Shown here one piece after another: positions 25,561-39,152 of a stretch of 64,000 bases of DNA. Below the pieces are notes generated by a model. It ran no database searches. It was given only the letters and a program-made list of their open reading frames with translations, and had not been told where the DNA came from. The first letter of the stretch is position 1. Every line of letters starts with the position of its first letter. The translations under genes were made by a program, and so were the position numbers. The DNA is from the human T2T-CHM13v2.0 reference genome, Homo sapiens, in NCBI RefSeq assembly GCF_009914755.1, contig NC_060937.1; one strand, written 5' to 3'.

Positions 25561-26967
25561 ATAAAATTGCTTGACGCCTTTGAGGCTAGACTCTAGTCTC
25601 TTACTTTCTTTACCTTCTAATTCCTCATAATCATTTCATCCTAGTTTAGCCACTCCCTTTATGGGTAAATATGGAAGATCTTTTTTATTTCTAATAATCC
25701 TCCAAAATCTTGATTTTAAGTGTTCTTTACTCATACCTCAATCTCCTCTCTTAAAGTTTATATATTCTAGTAGACATCTCAGCAATCGTTTATCCCATTT
25801 AAATGTCCAAATCATTCACTCTGACCTCTTACCCAACTTGCATTCCATGAAGCAAACCAAAAGTATCATTCAATTATTGTACCACTCAGCCTCTCCACTG
25901 AACTCTCCTGGAAAACCTTACCTATATTATTTCTGCAAAAGAGGAGCTGCATTTATTATTGAACAACAACAACAAGGAACATTCAGAGTTTTAAAAAATT
26001 TTAAATATCACCACAAATTTATAAAACTATAGAACAGAAACTTTTATAAGCACTTTAAATATATAAACAAATTTACTCATTACAAAAATGTTATGCTGTA
26101 TTACTATTGCCACAAATTTACAGAGAGAAACATGAGGTATGGTGTTAAATAACTTGTGTCAGTTAACAGTGAAGCCCATAGAAAAATACAAGCAACTTTT
26201 TCTCAAACTGGATGTTCTAATCTCTAATTTCTCCATTAAAAATATATTTGTCAGTAAATTCACTCACAGTTTTCAGATTCTACTTTTTTTCTATAATATT
26301 CACTGTCTTCTCAATTTCAGCCATTTACTTGCTATTCATTTCACCAAGAAAACAGATGTAATCATGTGAGATCAAAGTCATGTTATCCAATCTATACAAT
26401 CTATGTAATCCGTCTACTTCCACATCAGGTGTCTTCTATGGTGTTAATTTTTAAAACTGTTCCACCCATCTACATCCAATTCTTTCATCAGTAAAACTTT
26501 TTACTCTCATGCACTACACTCAGGGAGTTTTGTGCTGCATTTATTCTCTCTGTGTCCTATGTCATGATTTATTTTTCAATTTACTGGATTATACCTTGAA
26601 CCCTTTACTGGATCAGTTTTTTAAGCTTAAACATGTGCCCTAATATATCACATTAAAAAAAAACAAACATTTATCTTGATGATGTAGCTTTATATAACTA
26701 CTACATTACTTCTCTGTTCCAATTTTCAGCAAAAATCTTAAAATATTTCTCTTAACCTACTGCTTCACTATCTCCATATCCCAATACAACCCCCCCCCCC
26801 ACATTATCTCATTCTGCTCAAAGCAGAAATTTGTGTACACAATTGTTCTGAACAAAATCACAAATGGAAAAACCAGAGTTGAGTGAAGTGGGGCTTGAAA
26901 TATTAATAGTTGTTACTATTTTTATTTAGCAATCTCAATTTGGGATTTTTTTTAAATAAAAATATGT

Positions 26968-27270
26968 GGCCGGGCGTGGTGACTCACACCTGTAATCCCA
27001 GCACTTTGGGAGGCCGAGGCAGGAGGATCACCAGGTCAGGAGTTCAAGACCAGCCTGGCCAACATGGTGAAACGTGTCTCCACTAAAAGTACAAAAAATC
27101 AGCCGGGCGTGGTGGCAGGCACCTGTAATCCCAGCTACTCAGGAGGCTGAGGCAGGAGAATAGCTTGAATCAGGAAGGCAGAGGTTGAAGTGAGCTAAGA
27201 TCGTACCACTGCACTACAGCCTGAGAGACAGTATGAGACTCCAACTCAAAAAAATAAAAAAATAAAATAA
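26968..27270 (+). mobile_element. Alu (AluSg-like)
   Basis: Full Alu. TSD aataaaaatatgt at 26955-26967 and 27271-27283. Confidence 0.97.
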
Positions 27271-29994
27271 AATAAAAATATGTAAAAGAACCAGTGTTTA
27301 TAAATGACAAAATGAACTTGAGTTCAAGAATGTCTATCCTATTCAGAGAGAGGTATACTTTACAGTTTATTACAGACTTCCTGGTGGAGGAGGGATATAG
27401 TTTCCCAACCTGGCTCTGGTCTTCTGAATCAGGGACAATGATTACAACAGAGTCAATTCAGCCCCTTTGTAACCCAGAGGCTGATTGGTCTCTGCTCTCT
27501 CTATCAGGAAATGAGTAGGTTATCTAATTATTGTTATTTCAGATATCATTCTACAAATCTAGCAATTGATTTTTCTCTCCATAATATAAGTTGGCTTTTA
27601 GTCACAGTTAATTTTGCTTTTAGATGAATCTTTATTAATATTTTTGTGGGAAGTTGGAGACACTGACAAATACTGCTAGTCTTATACTATTATAGAAGGA
27701 AATTCATAGAAGTATAATTCAAATGCAAGCAGCACAAATAGAAAAGTCAACAATTAGAAGAAAGAAGAATTATAAGGAAATAAGACAAACATGAAATATT
27801 TTACATTTGACTTCTATTTTCTATAAAAATGCATTATATATCAATGGTATCAAAACTTAGCTATACATTGGACTTACTAGCAACTGTGAAGCATATTAAA
27901 GCACATTAGATATTTCCAGTACTCATTTCAAATATTCAGAATCTGTGGTTGGGTAATAAAAATCCCTACGTCAAAGGACCTCCATATAATGACATAGTGC
28001 ATAATAGACTATCCAGGCACCAGTCAGCAAAGGAATGCTTGTGTTGGCTGCTTTCACTTCCTCAGATACATATTTGTTTGAATTTGGAAATATAAGGCAA
28101 GTGGAAAATCAAGAGAGTAAATGATAATCTCTTTATATTTTGTTGAGGAAAAGGGACTTTGTTTTCATAATTAATGATAAAAATTTTAAATGCCAACTCA
28201 CAGAAACATTTTCAATAAAATAATTTTAAAAGCATTTGCATTTCCACAAGCACATTTATGATGTTTTTCCATGATTAGCAAAAGTACTTAATAACATTAT
28301 TAAAGATATCATTCATTATGTTCAGACTACATGAATGTAAAAATCTATTGTGTTCTCTATTCAAACTACTTTCAGGCCTTTCTTTAGTAGGGATGTTATA
28401 TTATCTATGTATTGACAACACAGACAACTTTACCTCCTCAAGTGTCATCAATTGTGGCAGATATAGCTGCTGTACAATGAGTCCACATTTTCAAACAGGA
28501 GTGTGCTACTTTCTAGAATAATACATAAAGCAAGGAGTCAGCAGCCACAGAGTGCATCAGAAGAAAGAAAAATCTTGACTAAAAGCAACCAGACAAGCCT
28601 GTTCACCAAAAAGAATTTCAGGCTTTTGAGTATACACAGACAATAAAGTTAACAGGGTCATTAATCTTAAAAAAATAATGTATGTGCACCTTAGAATGAT
28701 TGATACTATTAATATTCAACCCAAGGGGAAGATGAATTCAAATGGTAAGAGGAAAGACTATTATTTTTTATATAACTTAGTATTCAAAACATTTACATGT
28801 TAAGCAGAAACTACAAGTTGAAAAATCTTACTGCATTGCATTATGTAAATTAATGCATATAAATATTGATCCAATTTATATTTCTAAACATTGTGATCAT
28901 AATTCTTAAGAACTATATATATATATGCATAACTAAATTAAATAAACTCTACTTTAAAAAGTAAGTCCACATTATGATATCAGAATAGGATTTTTTAAAA
29001 TGCCTCTTGTAGCCATGCTGTTACAGAAGCATGTTCACGTCTTGAGTGTATTACAAATGACAGAATTTTAAATCAGGTATGACTTAAACCATGTTTAAAA
29101 ATGGATAATTTCCTTTAAACCTCCAATATTGAAATAAAAAAGGATGTTACATTTTTAGTCAATTGGAGCCAATCTCAAATTAAGAAAGGTAAATGTAGCT
29201 TTGAAATTAATAGTGCTGTGTGCTAAACTGTAGAAACCACACATGCCTGCTTTCTATTTGTAATTGACTTATTTTCATCATTCTAGGAAGTTATTTTAAA
29301 CTTTTAATGGATTTAATATTTGATTCTTTTAGGAAGAGGACTGCTACAACATCAGTTTTACATAATTACATTTTATGCAATTCACAAATTATGTCTATAA
29401 ATTTAATAAAACCATTCAGTTTACTGAACTCTTTATATTATGTGTTGTTTATTAAGCACTTTATCTACACTGCCTTAAGTCGATTCAAACAGGTAAGTCT
29501 TATCTTCCCAACTAAACTCTAATTTTTTGAGTGAAAAATCTAATTATCATTTAATCATAATTCCACATCAAATAAGCATTTATTCAGCATATGCCCTAAG
29601 ACAGATTCTGAATTGGTTGCTATGGATACAAACCTAAATAGAGAAGTAGACTCTTGCCTTGAGGATGAAAATATAGGAGATAGACACATCAGCAAACACA
29701 TACAATACCATATAGTGAAAGTTATTGTGGAACTGTGTATGCCAGTTTGAAAATGATCTATTGGGATGCATCAGTTACAGCCTTAAAGTCTTTATCATCC
29801 TTTATAATGCTCAGCATATAATTACTCATTAGTCTTCACAAAATACACATCAATGGGCAGACTATCTTCGTTATAAAGATATGGAAGTTGAAGAAATAGG
29901 AAATTCCCACAATTCTTGCCTACTTACTAACATCTTTATAACATTATAAAACATATAAATTACTCATATGCATGTTTATGTATATAACCAAAAT

Positions 29995-30031
29995 CACACA
30001 CATACACACACACACACATATATATATATAC
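29995..30031. repeat. (CA)n(TA)n compound microsatellite
   Basis: cacacacatacacacacacacacatatatatatatac. Confidence 0.9.
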
Positions 30032-30949
30032 TTCTAGTTATTATTCCATTAGATGGTGAGAGTGTATGGTTAAAATATAAAATGGAATAAAACACAGCAA
30101 GAGGCAATTTTATGTTTTTCTAAAAGTTTGAAAAGTGCTTTTCTGGATATGAATCTATTGTTAGCTAAATATCTACAGAACTCACAAACATTTAGGTTGG
30201 CCAGAGAAGATAAAATAAACCTACTTTCTTTGTTCATAAAATGGAATTCCTTGTTACATTTGCTGCCTGCATTAACTATTGAATTTATAAAAACAAAACA
30301 ACAATTGAACAAACAATGCCTACACAGCAAGTTAAAAATATGAGGTTTGGAAATAGTTTTAAATGTCTTCCAGCTGTAATTATTTAACTTTTAAAAAGCT
30401 GACCTATTCTTTTTTACTATGGTTTTGATTGAAGACATTCAATAAAAGTTTTATCACTGAATGGTTATGCATAAGCGCTTACATCTTTTTTTCCCCTGAA
30501 AAAGTTTTAATACTGTTTACTATTCATGATAAAAGTTTTTCAATCTCAAAGCAAACATGAATTGACTTAAATGCATAGCTGAAAATCTGATGCCAATATT
30601 TGAATTACCATTTATTTATTCTAGCAGAAGAAATGTTTTCTTGATATACATTGCTTCTTTGAGTAAAAATAAATTGAGGAGACAGAGCTGAAAGTTCAGT
30701 GAGAAAAAGTTAAAAATTGCAACACAGAATACTGGAGAGGCTTCACAAAGAGATAACCCCGCATATCTAAAAGAGGTTTGAATACCGATCAACACAAATG
30801 TTTGAAGAATTACTTGGTAGAAACTAAAACAATACACAAACAAATAAATCTAAAAATATTAACAAACAATGTCCAGTGTTCATATAAACTGGAGAAAATG
30901 CCTATTTCTATCAGTCAAACTAGGAAAACTTAATGATTTGTATAATATT

Positions 30950-31312
30950 TGCTGGTTTGAATGATTGTGTCTCCTGAAATATCAAATGTTAAATTCTAAC
31001 CCCCAAGGTGATGGTGTAAGGAAATGATGACTTTGGGAAGAGTGTAGGTCATGAGGGTGGAACCCTCATCAATGAGATTAGTGATTCTGATAAAAGGGAT
31101 CCTAGAGAACTGCTTTGCCCTTTTTACTGTGCAAAGACCCAGCAAGAAGGTAGTGTATATAAACTGAAATTGCGCCCTCAATAGACCCTGAGTCTGAAGA
31201 CATCTTGACCTTGGAAATCCCTGCCTCCAGAACGGTGAGAAATAAATTGCTGTTGTTTATAAAGTAACCTGTTTATGTTATTTTTTTATAGAAGCCTGAT
31301 CAGAATAAGACA
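30950..31312 (+). mobile_element. MLT1A0-type MaLR solo LTR
   Basis: tgctggtttgaatgattgtgtc ... aataaattgctgttgtttataa ... taagaca. 5-bp TSD ATATT at 30945-30949 and 31313-31317. Confidence 0.88.
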
Positions 31313-31991
31313 ATATTGGATAGAATATTCAGGAATGTCTTGCCTCCAATGTTGGCCCCCCTGTACTGAGCTCTAATCTACACTCACCTAAAAAATTATA
31401 AAATCATAATAAAACTGAAAAAGTCAAACTCTCAATTGCATCCCAGCACAAATATCACAGATGTTTATTTAAAAAATTATGTCAAGCCCCTAAAAAGCTA
31501 AAATCCACAGTTCTGCTAATATTTCTCTTTATCCAAATATCTGCTAAACTTTTACAATATACATAGCATTATATAGACATGGCTTGATTCAATCATGTAA
31601 ATTATATATTAATTACTCTTTATTTTTTGCATGTATCCTTAGAAAGACAACTTTGTATGTAGTGTGTAACTTTGATCCTAAAGGTAATAAACTCTGATAT
31701 CTCATAGATATTAATAGAATCCACAATACATGTGTGTGAACAATCATAGCACAATTGGGCCCCTAGTTTAAAAATATAGGAATGGTGGAAAATGACGATA
31801 AGTAATCAACCAAGAAATTAAAAGAATTAGAAGACGATTTGAAGTGGAGGGGTGTACATAAGCTATCTCTGAGGACTTAACACTGTTATTTAGTAAAAGA
31901 TAATAACAGTGTGATCTAAGAAACTGAAAGTAGAGAAAATTGAAGTGTTTATTATTGTTTATGGCTATGGTATTTAATGTAAGTGAAATAA

Positions 31992-33670
31992 CGATGGCAA
32001 CAGTGGCCCACCTGGATCAGCCACTGCCAGGATGCCAGTTGCAATGGGGCAGGCTCAGGCTGGGCTCCACACTTCGTGGAGCCAGCAGGAGCCAGGAACA
32101 CATAGGAGCCCTGCCTTCCTGGGCACAGCTGTAGCCACCCATGTCATGGTTGTGGACCCAGGACTCCCTGTGCTCTTGGGGACCAGGAGCAGGCAGGAGA
32201 CCCCTGCCTTCCCAAGCACAGCTGCGCCATCCAGGCTGCACTCTCGGGGGTCTGGGTAGGCCCAACTTCTGGTGCAGGAATCTCTGCACTCTCAGGAGTC
32301 CGGGTAGGCCCCACCTTTCTGCGCAGGCTTGGAGGTGTCTGCTCTCACTGCCTGGCCTCTTCCAGCTTTCAGAGCCCTCTGTGCTCTTGGAACAAGGTTG
32401 GGGCTGAGCCCAGGCTGCACATGCTCAAGCAGTACTGACACACTGTACAGGCCCCTGCCATCTCAGCTCCCTCCAAACTTTGGGTTTCAATGAGCACAGG
32501 AGGGAGGATGAGGGGAACATGAAGGCAGCTTGGCACTGACCTACAGGTGCCCCTTGGCATGAACAGCCTGGGCACCATGAATGGCAGCAGGAGGCAGACA
32601 GACTCCTGGATGGACGGGGGTGGGTCCCTGGTGAAGTTCAACCTTCAAGCTGGGGAGGGTCTGATGCCTTTGGCCTGGGCTGCCAGTCCCACCGACCAGA
32701 ATGGGAACTTACGGTTCTTTTTTCAGGCCCACCCATGGCTGCTTATAGACCAATCAGTGCTCACCTCCTACACTCTGAGGCTCATAAAAGCCCTGGACTC
32801 AGCCAGACTTGAAACGATGGGATATCCAGCTGTGGAGAGGAGCTACCCACTCCAGGATCTCCTCTCTGCTGAGAGCTGAACACTCGATGGGATGACCTGC
32901 CTATGGAGAGAAGCTACCCAATCCAGAGCCTCCTCTCTGCTGAAAGCTGAACACTTGTCAGGACACCCTGCCTGCACAGAGGAGCTACCCAATGTGGGTC
33001 TCCTCTGAATTGTTCTATCACTCAATAAAGCTCCTCTTTGCCTTGCTTACCCTCCACTTGTCCATGTACCTCATTCTTCTTGGATGCAAGACAAGCACTC
33101 AGGACCCACTAAATGCTGGGGCTAAAAGAGCTGTAACACAAAGAGGGCTGAAACACACCCCTTGCTCATCACATTGCAGGCAACTAGAAGGAGATAAAAA
33201 AGGAGAGAAGAGCTGTGGCTCTTCAGGGAACCCAGACCTAGGAGTTTCCCAAGCCAGTGCTGTGACACCCTCTTTGGGGCTCTGTGGTTCCTGGTATCTC
33301 CAAGCTTCCAGGCATCACTGCCTTCCCTAGTGCCAGCCGTGGAAGATGCTTGTGGTATGCATGGTCCAGCTGCAACCTTGCAGGGAGCTAACACCCAAGC
33401 CGGTGCCAGGAGCTGCCCACCCTACCACAACTGGTGTGCCTGGCTGTACACAGTGGCCAAACCCTATGCTCGCTCACACACTCCTCGGCCCTCCATGCTT
33501 GGCTCACCCTTGGCAGGCATGGGATCCAGGCCGGTAGTGCAAGCCAAGGGCAGCCTGTCAGGACGAGTGAGTAGAATGAGCCCAGCAAACCTGAGTGAAA
33601 CTCAGGCAAAGGCACCACTGGCCACAGAGGTTTCTGGCTGGCACAGCAACATTCCAAGGATCCTGTGACA
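31992..33670 (+). mobile_element. MER52A-type (ERV1) long solo LTR, 1679 bp
   Basis: GC-rich block starting (c)gatggcaacagtggcccacctgg and ending ggatcctgtgaca. 4-bp TSD ATAA at 31988-31991 and 33671-33674. CCAAT ~32750, ataaaa ~32785, AATAAA 33024-33029. Confidence 0.88.
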
Positions 33671-33789
33671 ATAATAGAATTATTTTGGAAGCAAAGCTGA
33701 TAAGTTCTTTCTCATGCAAAGAAAAATCCTGCAATCATTGTTATCTTGATTTTTCCCATATATGTTTTGGACAAAAAAATCAAATAGAA

Positions 33790-34312
33790 GTTTACCTTAC
33801 TTTATTTTGCTTTGCTTTAGTATGCTTCACACACATTGTGTTTTTTACACATTGCAGGTTTGTGAAAACCCTGTCAACCAGATCTATGGGCAGGATTTTT
33901 GCAATAGCATGTGCTTATTTCATGAATCATTGCAACATTTTGGTTATTCTTGCAATGTTACAAACTTTTTCATTATTACTATATTTTTGTTATATAATAT
34001 CTGTGATTGGTAATCTTTGATGTTACCATTGTAATTGTCTAAGGGTGCCACAAACCACATCCAGTAAGATGACTAACTTAATTGATAAATGTGTGTATTC
34101 TGACTGTTCCATCAACCCACTTTTCCTCATTTTTCTCTCTCTTCTTGGGCCTCCCTATATCCTGAGACACAAAACTATTGAAAATCGGCCAGTTTATAAT
34201 GCTACCATTGTTTTTAAGTGAAAGGAGTAATCATGCTTCTCTCACTTTAAATAAAAAGCTAGAAATTATTAAGTTCAATGAAGAAGGCATGGTGAAAGCA
34301 AAAATAGGCTGA
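33790..34312 (+). mobile_element. Tigger1 (TcMar) 5' fragment
   Basis: gcaggtttgtgaaaaccctg...ctctcactttaaataaaaagctagaaattattaagttcaatgaagaaggcatg matches the Tigger1 5' region and transposase start. Confidence 0.85.
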
Positions 34313-34551
34313 AGAAATGGGGGAACAATGATTGGGAGCTGAAAATAGCAAAAAGTTTCAGTGAGGTGGGGTCTGTGTTACTTACAAAGAAATTTATAGT
34401 GTGTTAGATGAAAAACATTGACAAAATAGCTTAGTGGTTAATATAGAGGTATGAAGTTTTTTTTTTTCTCCCAATAGATAACGTAAGTTTTTTCACCTGC
34501 TTCTAATGCAATCTATTTAGTAACTGGTCTTAAACTGTGTACCCATTCGTA

Positions 34552-34665
34552 TACAGGGGTACTCCCTTTTGCTTGGTTTTGCTTTTTGTTGTTTGTTACT
34601 TGCTGTCATCTGTAGTCCAAAAAGATCAAATGGAAAATTTCAGAAATAAACAAGTCACAAGTTAA
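34552..34665 (+). mobile_element. MER44/Tigger7-type fragment
   Basis: gtagtccaaaaagatcaaatggaaaatttcagaaataaacaagtcacaagtt. Confidence 0.6.
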
Positions 34666-35525
34666 AAAATAATAATAATCAAAAAGAAGATTGGAAAGCT
34701 AAGTAAGCAAACTGTAACTACTTGGTTGTTTTGGGAGGTTTATTGAAATTAAATAAAATAAGCAATCGTAATAATAGTTTTTTTCAAATAATGAATTATA
34801 TTTAATTCATTATTTACCTTCAATCACTAATATAATGGTATTTATCAACAAGGCCAGTATGTTTTTTCAAGTGGCAATACAATGTTGATCTCATTGGATT
34901 GACTGCTCATCCATCTACCTCAGTATGGACGCTTTATAAAATGACTATTATTTCATATTCCCAATGAGCTAAAACATGATCTTTTAAAATCTGTTAGTTT
35001 TGGAAATTATGCATGGTATGGACTTACAAACAAGTTTGAATCAAGATGTCATTATGACCAAATCACATTTTATATAAAATAATGTGTAACAATGTCAATT
35101 ATGTAACAATTCAAATAAGTTGTTCTGGTATTTTTAACTGCCACTTGCCAAGAAATTTTGAGTGAAAGCTCTTACAGCACATCAATCTTATTATTCAATA
35201 TTGATCAAGCCAGTCTCACTCCTCTGAAATTAAAATATGTTCCATGTGCAAAAACAATGTTAATGCAAAAACCTGTGTTATCTGCTGCCTCAAAGGAGCA
35301 ATTCATAATGGGCCATTATAGGACCCCAATAAATATTAGCTTTAAATATTGAGTAGCTTTTAATTCTGAAGTCAACTATAATTTTTTAAAAATATGTATT
35401 CTAAATAAAATTTCTCTAGTGAGAAATAGGGCCTTTGTAGATAATACTGACAAATGTGACACAGCCAAATGGTAAGATGAAATGGGAGAGTATATAAAAG
35501 TAGATATGAAATGTAAGATTAAAAT

Positions 35526-35884
35526 TGATTTGGTTTGGATTTGTGTCCCCACCCAAATCTCATGTCTAATTGGAGGATGGGCCTGGTGGAAGGTGATTGA
35601 ATCATGGGGTGGATTTCTTCCTTTCTGTTCTTGTGATAGTAAGTTCTCACGAAATCTGATCACTTAAAAATGTGTGGCACCTCCCCGCTATCTCCCTCCT
35701 CCTCCACCATGGTGGGATATACTTGCTTCACCTTAACCTTGTGCCATGATTGTTAGTTTCCTGAGTCCTCCTAGCCATGCTTCCTGTACAGCCTGTGGAA
35801 CTGTGAGTCAATTAAACCTCTTTTCTTCATAAATTACCCAGTCTCAGTCAGTTCTTTATAGCAGTGTGAGAATGGACTAATACA
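35526..35884 (+). mobile_element. MSTA-type MaLR solo LTR
   Basis: tgatttggtttggatttgtgtccccacccaaatctcatg ... gaatggactaataca; TSD aaaat/gaaat. Confidence 0.9.
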
Positions 35885-36116
35885 GAAATCACATGCTAGT
35901 TTATGTACTTTTAATATTTATTTTTTGTCTGTTAAATTATTTGATAATTAGAAGCAGGAAAATAAAATAAATATTTAGACCTCTAAAAGAATTCTGAAAA
36001 GTGAACTGAAGGATGAGGAAAGAACAGCCAGAAATATCATGCAGTCATTTGATAACACAAAATTTCTTGCCACTCACATTTTTTGTTTCACTTACCTCAA
36101 GCTGGCAGTGTGATTG

Positions 36117-36535
36117 ATATATATATATATCTGTATATATGTATATATATATATGTGTGTGTGTATATACATGCTATATATAAAAATATAAATATTTTTA
36201 TATATTTATATATTATATTTATATATCTTATATTCTATTTATATATCTAATATATTCATTTATATATTATATATTATATATTTATGTATTTAAATATATA
36301 AAAATATAAATATATATAAATATATAGCATGTATATATATACACATATATACATATATATGCATATATACATATATACACACACATATATATACATATAT
36401 ATACACACACACATATATATATACACACACATATATATATATGGCTGTTCTTTCCTCATCCTTCAGTTCACTTTTCAGAATTTATATATATAAATAAATA
36501 CATAGCGTGTATATATACACACACACACACATACA
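36117..36535. repeat. Long (TA)n/(CA)n AT-rich low-complexity tract containing a 41-bp unique insert
   Basis: Seen directly; the insert is at 36442-36482. Confidence 0.95.
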
Positions 36536-38890
36536 TTCATTACTATTTAGAGGGTTTTAGAAATTCTGAAGCTATTTGTGTGTATTATAAGATTAGGCTA
36601 ATAGAAAAGAATATGTATTTATAGTGTGGGATTCTAGAATTTTTTTGTGTTGAAAAAATGTTCCATGAGGAAAAGCAAGGAAGAACTCTACTGCCTTGCA
36701 GTAGGATTAGAACAATTTATATAAATTTATGATTTAAAAGATTTTAAAAGTCGAAGCATGTGAAATTGCCATTGTTCCTGTTCTGTCTGCTGAAATAACC
36801 TAGAAACAATGATATTCCATTAGGGATGAACAGCTATAGTACCCAGGTCTTAATTTCTAAGTAATATTTCTCATGAAAAGAAATAGGAGAACTCTTGTGA
36901 AATAGATGACTTCAAAGTTGGGATAGAAAAAATATGACATAAGCCAGTCATTTGTTCTGCAGGAAGTAAGAAATATGTACATATAAGTTTTATATATATA
37001 TATGTGTGTGTTTGTATATGTGTGTGTGCACACACGCAAGTCCATGTAATTTATCTTCATCCGAGATTAAACTTCTTATGTACTCAGCAGTCTAAGAACT
37101 GACTGGTAGGTATTTCTCTATCTATTGATCACAATTATCCAGATAACATCACCTGGAGATGACAACCTTCAAACGACATAAGATTTTGTTTTCTTTCTTT
37201 ACCTGCTCTATTTAAGACATTTGACCTGCTGGGATATCACGAGAAAAAAATTTGCATCCTTAAGCACAGATAATCCAATATGTATAGGTAAATGCTGTAT
37301 AAATAAGATCCCGGAATTTCAAAACAGAACATTGTGAAGGGCTTCCCAGAACAACTGAAGAAAGAGACTGCACTAAGCTAAATTATCCTGCCTTTCCTTT
37401 AGTAGGCCATAAATATTCTTTTTCTCCTATCACATGCATTTAGGGGGTTTACGTACTAGAAGTTAACATGTTCTCTTGGGAGGAGAAATAATTGGAAGGA
37501 AATATGAGAAAATTTGTATTGTTATATTGCTTTTAAATCTGTGTGATATTCAATACTGTTCCCTAAGCTTAACTAGACATTATTTTTCTTTTATGCCCAT
37601 TTACTTAGGTTAGTACATGTGACAATTAAATCTAAAATTTGACAAATCAAATAATTTTATTTAACCTTTATTATCCCAAAACCCAAAGGGCCAATGATAT
37701 TGAGACATGGATCCTGGGACTAGAATATTTTATTCCATCTTAGTTAAATCTTTAAAAAAGGAAAGAAGAAAAGCAATGATCTCAAGTTAAAATAAGTGGA
37801 GGTACAGCTGGGAAATGTGGAGAAGTAAATCAGTCCTCCTTAGTGCATGACCAGAATACTAGAAACCTGTCCTAACATGAGTCTCTGTGAATACCATGAG
37901 GTATAAACTACAGGTAGAAATTAACTAGACAGGGATACAGGTTAGATAAATCATGTTATAATGATCCTCACATGGAGTAAATTACTTCCTCTTTGCAGCC
38001 TATATCTCATCCCTTCAAACACAAGATGAGTGCTTTCTAAGACCGCTGGCTATTAATATGACACCCTCAGATTTTAAAAATAATTTGTTACTAGGCTCTA
38101 GCTATTCTAAATGGAAGGGTACTTTTTTAAATAAAACATTTTTATTGTACCATGGAAAGATACATCCAAACAATTGAAATTGAAAGATACAGTTTGAGAA
38201 TATCAGGAGTACACCTGTGTTAATAAAACCTCTCCTAGTATAAAATCTATTTTACTATTCTGAAATATCCTTACAAAATATTCAGCCATTTGTGTACCTA
38301 AATAATTGTGATAGCGGGTCTTCAGGGCAAGACATAGTTTAAATTACTTTCAGTTTATTAAGGCCAATAAATGAACATAGAAGGCAAGAAATTAATCATA
38401 ATTAGGCAATTAGCACTTGAGACAAACAGTATAATTTACCTCAAATTATCAGATGAAGGAGAAAGAGTGAGAAAGGGAAAAAATGATGTAGAACTAATTA
38501 CTTATGATCTGGATGACTGTTCCTACAGTACATTCTTGTAATAGGATATAACTGCAATACATAATAGAGACCAAACTTTGACAGTGACTTAAAAAGTAAT
38601 TTATTTTACTTACCTGAAATTTATTTACTCCAATGTAGTAGCCTAAATTTAACCTGTAATAGCCTTTTTAAGGTTTGTCAGCAAGCTCTGTTCCAAAATG
38701 TAATATAATACTTTGACTCCTTCTGTCTTGTTGCTGCATCGTTTTAGTGTGATGTCCACAGATGCATTTTGCAAAATGCAGCTATACTGATCATTTTCCA
38801 GGCACCTGAATTTTAAAAAGGGAGAAAAGGTGCTCTGTTTCCTTGATGGAAATGGCATAAAAGATGTATATATCATTGTTCCTCAAATAT

Positions 38891-39152
38891 AAGGCTGCCA
38901 GATTTAGCAAATAAAAATACTGGATGCTCAGTTAAATTTGAAATTCATATAAACAAATATTTTAGCATAAATATATATTATGCAATAGTGGAACATAATT
39001 ATATTTAAAGTATTGGGAAATACACTAAATGTATGTGTATGTGAATATATATATATAAACACATACATATATATACATACATATATATACACACACATAC
39101 ACACATATATATACATATATATTCATATAAGTTTGATTGTTATCTGAAATAT
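38891..39152. mobile_element. MER53-type palindromic hAT MITE with an internal TA/CA microsatellite
   Basis: gctgccagatttagcaaataaaaatactggatgctcagttaaatttgaa ... ttgttatctgaaat; microsatellite at 39030-39128. Confidence 0.75.

Noticed and set aside
25661-26032. 123-aa ATG-initiated ORF
   Set aside because: It overlaps L2-like decayed sequence, has AT-driven composition, and shows no domain or splice context.
27300-29550. About 2 kb without recognisable repeats, a possible conserved non-coding element
   Set aside because: No motif or ORF evidence from sequence alone; it needs conservation data.
32830-33010. Spaced direct repeats superficially like a CRISPR array
   Set aside because: They are degenerate internal repeats of the MER52 LTR in primate DNA; there are no cas genes and the spacers are themselves related.
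31940-34020. Dense cluster of overlapping 60-140 aa ORFs on both strands
   Set aside because: They lie in the GC-rich MER52 LTR and Tigger1, where stop codons are scarce; no recognisable protein domain.
38891-39152. Imperfect palindrome
   Set aside because: Explained by the intrinsically palindromic MER53 MITE.
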